NCBI GenBank assembly: GCA_963814375.1
Contig: CAWFCQ010000007.1
Span: 160,001-224,000 of the forward strand
DNA from: an uncultured Chloroflexia bacterium
GTDB lineage: Bacteria > Chloroflexota > Limnocylindria > QHBO01
Direction of reading: 5' to 3'
DNA: 64,000 nucleotides
Below the pieces are notes generated by a model. The model was not told the DNA's origin and made no database searches. It saw nothing but the letters and a program-made list of their open reading frames with translations. Of this stretch, positions 60,148 through 64,000 are shown piece by piece. Every line of letters starts with the position of its first letter. Positions within the stretch are counted from its first letter, which is position 1. Both the position numbers and the translations under genes were made by a program.

Positions 60148-61113
60148 GGCGGGGCGACAGCCTCACCGGCGCCGGACTCATCGTCGTGGCGGCCGTGTGC
60201 TTCGCCACGCTTGGGCCGCTGAGCCGGTTCGCGGGCGATGCGGGAGTGGAGTCGCTGACGCTGGTGACCTGGCGCGCGTGGCTGGGCGCGGCGGTCGTAT
60301 CGGTCTTCATCGGCATCAGGTTCTTCGCCGCCGGCGTCCGCCCCCGGACGCTCCGTTCGGTTCCGGTGCGCGACCGGTGGTTCATGCTCGCCGCCGCCGT
60401 CGCGAACACGATCCTCAACTTCGCTGCCTTCGTGGCGTTCGAGCGCATCTCGATCGCACTGACCCTGCTCGTCTTTTACCTCTACCCCGCCGGGGTCGCG
60501 GTGGTGTCGACGGTCTGGTTCGGTGAGCGGCTGGGTCGCGCTCAATGGCTGGCGCTGGCCGTCTCGCTCATCGGCATGGCACTCGTGGTGGCGGGGGCCG
60601 GATCGCTGGGTGAGCTCGACGCGCTCGGCATCGGCCTGGCATTCGTCGCCGCGCTGGCACAGGTCTTCTACGTCCTCGCCGCCCGCCACGGCTTCGCCCA
60701 CGTGCCCGGCTCGCAGGCGGCGGTCCTCACGATGGCCGGCGCCGGATGCCTGTACCTGCTGATCGGCCTCCTCGCCGGGACGCCTCAACGATCTGGCGCA
60801 GCCGCTCGCGTCGAGCGCCGCGCTGTGGCCGGTCGCTTTGGCCGGCGTCATCGGCGCGGGAATCCCGACGCTGTGCTTCATCGCCGGGATACGAAGGCTC
60901 GGCCCGTCGCAGGCCGCGATCCTGGCCACGCTCGAACCAGTCGTCGGCGTCGCGCTGGCTGCCTGGCTGCTGGGCGAGCAGCCGGCCCCGGTCCAGCTCG
61001 TCGGCGGTGCGCTGATCCTGGGCGCCGCAGTCGTGCTCCAGCTGCGGCAGCTCGGGACGCTCGCCGACCATGAGGGAGTCGTGACGGTGGAGAAGAGGGA
61101 TCCCGCGCCCTAG
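60144..61113 (+). pseudogene. EamA/DMT family transporter, frameshifted near 60783
   Basis: YLYP, GERL. Removing one C gives GTLNDLAQPL...AGVIGAGIPTL..IAGIRRLGPSQAAIL.TLEP...LGE. Confidence 0.85.
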
Positions 61114-62153
61114 CCGGCCTCCTCCGAACCGGCGCGTCCGCGCATGAAGCTGGCGTGCACCGCCTGAGCGGCCGATGCGGCCGATGCCAGCGGCACCTCT
61201 GCCCACACGACGCGCATCCCGCCCTCGTCAAAGGAGCCCTCACCGTGCGCCGGGAGAGGAAGCACCTCGGGCATCAGGCCCGCCGGGCCGACGAGGCTGA
61301 TGCGGGCCATCCGCTCCTTCCGATCGACCGCGAGCATCAGGACGCCCTCATCCTCACGGGATGCGGGTCGGACCATCGTCTGCGGAGCGTCGTCGGCGAG
61401 CGCGCGGACCACGAGGGCCAGGCGGCCACGCCGCGCCCGGCGCACCGCCACCGGGTGGACGATCTCGGCGCCCATCTCCGCCAGCAGCTCGAGCTGGAGC
61501 GCATCGACCGCCGCGAGGTGACGGGCGGTGGGCACGAGCTGGGGATCCGCCTCCAGCACGCCGCCGACGTCCTTGAAGAGCTCGCAGCGCTCCGCCCGCA
61601 GGGCCACCGCCAGCGCAACGGCGGAGAGATCGGTGCCACCGCGCCCGAGGGTCGTGAGCTCGCCGTGGGTGCCGATGCCCTGGAAGCCGGCGACGACCGG
61701 CACGAGCCCATCGGCCAGCGCCGCGCGAAGCGGACGTGACAGGACCCGGCGAACCTCGGCCCCGAGATGCGCCGCCGCGGTGCGGATGCCCGCCTCCGCG
61801 CCGGAGAAGGATCGGGCGGGGATGCCGCGGCCCTGGAGGCCGAGGGCGAAGAGCGCGGCCGAGAGTGCCTCGCCGGTCGCCAGCGCGCGATCTGTCTCGC
61901 GGGCGAGGCGCGAGTCCGGATCGTGGGCGGACTGGCTAAGGGACTCCCCGCGGTCGGGCAGCAGCACCCGCGCCGCTCCGAGGATCGTATCGGTGACGCC
62001 CTCGAAGGCGCTCACGACCACGACCGGGTGGAGACCTGAAGCCCGCTGGCGCGCAACCACCTCGACGGCGGCTGCGACGTCGTCGGGCTGGCGCAGGACC
62101 GACCCGCCGAACTTGTCGACGACGACGCCGTCGGATCGGAGCGCGCGCCTCAT
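61110..62153 (-). CDS. lysC: Aspartate kinase (short; degenerate ACT region)
   Basis: KFGGS, VVVVSA..GVTD, GE.LSA, VAGFQG, TTLGRGGTDLSA, KDVGGV..ADP. Confidence 0.85.
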   Translation of the reverse strand: MRRALRSDGVVVDKFGGSVLRQPDDVAAAVEVVARQRASGLHPVVVVSAFEGVTDTILGAARVLLPDRGESLSQSAHDPDSRLARETDRALATGEALSAALFALGLQGRGIPARSFSGAEAGIRTAAAHLGAEVRRVLSRPLRAALADGLVPVVAGFQGIGTHGELTTLGRGGTDLSAVALAVALRAERCELFKDVGGVLEADPQLVPTARHLAAVDALQLELLAEMGAEIVHPVAVRRARRGRLALVVRALADDAPQTMVRPASREDEGVLMLAVDRKERMARISLVGPAGLMPEVLPLPAHGEGSFDEGGMRVVWAEVPLASAASAAQAVHASFMRGRAGSEEAG

Positions 62154-62168
62154 GGGCGATCCCGCGCC

Positions 62169-63317
62169 TCAGCTGCTCGAGGGGATGACCCGGATGATCC
62201 TGTCGTTCGATCCGTTGGAGGTCGTGAGGTAGAGGAGGTTGTCCGGGCCTAACACCGCGCCGCGAAGGCGGCCCCACAGGTTGTTGAAGAACGTGTTCCT
62301 GTAGCCCGCCACGCCGGGCGAGGCCGGGACGAGGTCGAATCGGCGCAGGTCGGACTCCTTGAGCTGAGAGACGAAGAAGTCACCGGCGTAGCTCTGCCAG
62401 TTCGTGCCCGCCACGATGGCAGCGCCCGACACGGCGATGGTGCCGTTGCCCGAGGCCCACACCGGGTTGGTGAAGGTTCCCGAGCACGACTGGTACGGCC
62501 GGTTGAAGCCCGTGCGGCACGGCCATCCATAGTTGCGACCCGGGAGGATCCAGTTGATCTCGTCGTCACGCTCCGGCCCGTGCTCGGGGACGTACACGCG
62601 GAACTGGGCCGTCGGCGTGAACGCGATTCCCTGCGGGTTGCGATGGCCCATCGAGTACACGAATGTGCGCGACGAGTTGCCCGGCATGATCGGGTTGTCG
62701 CTCGGAATGGTCCCGTCCCGATTGATGCGCAGGATCTTCCCGTTGAGGCTGTTGCGATTCTGCGCTCGCGAGGGCACGGCGCCGTCGCCAGTCGACACCC
62801 AGATCTTTTGGTCCGGGCCTTCCTCCACCGCGCACCCGTTGTGGATCGTGCTGGCGAAGATGCCGGTCGCCACGAGGTTCCGATCGTGCGCCAGCGTCCA
62901 GCTGGAGGTGACTCTGAAGCGCATGACCTGGTTCACCCACTGGCCGCCGAACATCCGCGAGGCGCAGATGTACACGAGCCGGTTCGAATGGAAGAGGTGG
63001 TCGACCGTGATGCCCATCACGCCCGCTTCGCCCTCGGCCCGAACCCCGAAGAGGTTGGTCGTCCCGAGCAGCGCCGCGCCGGGCTGGCTGCTGGCGTAGA
63101 TCCTCACGCGCCCGGGTCGCTCGGTGACGATCATCAGCCCACCGGGCAGGAAGTCGAGATCCCACGGGTGGACGAGGCCCGACCGTACCACCACCCCGCG
63201 CACCACGGGATTGGCTCCGAGAACCGTGGAGGGGAGGGCAGCCGTGGCGAGCATGAGGAGCGAGAGCAGGATCATGAGAGCGCGGCTCTTGCGAGCGCTG
63301 CGGGGAAGTGAGGTCAC
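62169..63317 (-). CDS. Secreted PQQ-dependent sugar (aldose/sorbosone) dehydrogenase
   Basis: Signal peptide; PWDLDFLP, TERPG, HNG, TGD, LNGKILRI..DG..P.DNP, GHRNPQG, EHGP..DDEIN, NYGWP, GRLR. Confidence 0.9.
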   Translation of the reverse strand: MTSLPRSARKSRALMILLSLLMLATAALPSTVLGANPVVRGVVVRSGLVHPWDLDFLPGGLMIVTERPGRVRIYASSQPGAALLGTTNLFGVRAEGEAGVMGITVDHLFHSNRLVYICASRMFGGQWVNQVMRFRVTSSWTLAHDRNLVATGIFASTIHNGCAVEEGPDQKIWVSTGDGAVPSRAQNRNSLNGKILRINRDGTIPSDNPIMPGNSSRTFVYSMGHRNPQGIAFTPTAQFRVYVPEHGPERDDEINWILPGRNYGWPCRTGFNRPYQSCSGTFTNPVWASGNGTIAVSGAAIVAGTNWQSYAGDFFVSQLKESDLRRFDLVPASPGVAGYRNTFFNNLWGRLRGAVLGPDNLLYLTTSNGSNDRIIRVIPSSS

Positions 63318-63359
63318 GATATCGGGGTCCTCTGCGGGGATGATGCAACGGGCGACACT

Positions 63360-64000
63360 CTACCTTGACGGGTCGCCGGCTGACGGCGCGACCCGGCGCG
63401 ACGACGGCCGATCCCCTTCGGGAGCGGCCACGCCCCGCGGGAGCGGCCCGCCCGCGCGGATGATCGCCGGGATCTCGTCGAGCGTCGTGATGCGACGGAC
63501 GTCGGCGGGAATCGGCTCATCTTCTGGCGTGATGCTGATGCCCTCGCGGCGATCGAGCCAGGCGGCGTCAATCCCGGCCGACCATGCACCGAGTACGTCG
63601 GCGCGGTAGGAGTCACCCACCATGAGCGCCTCGCTCGGGCCGACGTCGGCGGTTTCCAGGGCAACCCGAAAGAACGCCGGGTCGGGCTTGGACAGTCCGA
63701 CGGCACCGGACGGAAGGACGAAATCGAGATACGCGTCGAGGCCGAGATCGGCCAGGATCCCGCGCAGGTTCGATCCCCAGTCGCTGACGATGCCGATGCC
63801 GATCCCCATCTCGCGCACGTCGCGCAGCATCGGTTCGACGTCGGGGTATGGCTCCCATGAGTCCGATGCGAACTGGCTCGCCAGGATGCGGTCCAGCACT
63901 TCGCGCCGCGCATCGACGCCGATTCGATCGAGCATCACGGTGTGGTACCGGCGCCAGTACTCCTCGATCCTCCCGTCGTCCGACCACGTGTCGTTGCCGG
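63360..64000 (-). CDS. HAD-superfamily hydrolase (5' end beyond window)
   Basis: GIVSDW, SKPDPAFF, MVGDSYRADVLGA. Frame is open to the window end. Confidence 0.85.
   Translation of the reverse strand, partial: GNDTWSDDGRIEEYWRRYHTVMLDRIGVDARREVLDRILASQFASDSWEPYPDVEPMLRDVREMGIGIGIVSDWGSNLRGILADLGLDAYLDFVLPSGAVGLSKPDPAFFRVALETADVGPSEALMVGDSYRADVLGAWSAGIDAAWLDRREGISITPEDEPIPADVRRITTLDEIPAIIRAGGPLPRGVAAPEGDRPSSRRVAPSAGDPSR

Overview
GC-rich (roughly 70% by eye), gene-dense bacterial chromosomal segment. Gene content and pervasive leaderless TAnnnT promoters suggest a soil or freshwater Chloroflexota- or Actinomycetota-like organism (inference). It holds about 68 CDS and one tRNA-Gln(CTG); I saw no integrase, transposase, CRISPR array or rRNA. 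Housekeeping and accessory genes include hutI (partial), moaA, xdhC, two FAD-linked oxidases, MFS/CDF/ABC/EamA/SMR/MgtE transporters, sseA-sufE, pxpABC, a fused E2-E1 2-oxoglutarate dehydrogenase (Kgd type), thrC, thrB, aspartate kinase, an ABC-F ATPase and tag. The best candidate for an undescribed system is at 4871-8064: a His-rich 4-TM leader protein ending in a RAPP ribosome-arrest motif. Its PP-L-V-P codons are complementary (13 bp, one bulge) to the ribosome-binding site of the downstream copper-handling genes (secreted N-terminal-His protein plus CopCD), suggesting a metal-sensing translational attenuator. Other notable items: (1) a signalling cluster at 44-57 kb with a 7-GAF/2-PAS kinase, a cyclase-REC-LuxR fusion and a four-copy TACGTCATYCGGCC operator-like box; (2) a streptopain (C10)-like protease apparently split into separate prodomain and catalytic genes; (3) a bacterial lysyl oxidase; (4) a UdgX-kinase-SRAP cluster; (5) sigma54-like motifs before small stress-type genes. 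Five genes carry single-base +1 frameshifts that are most likely sequencing errors.
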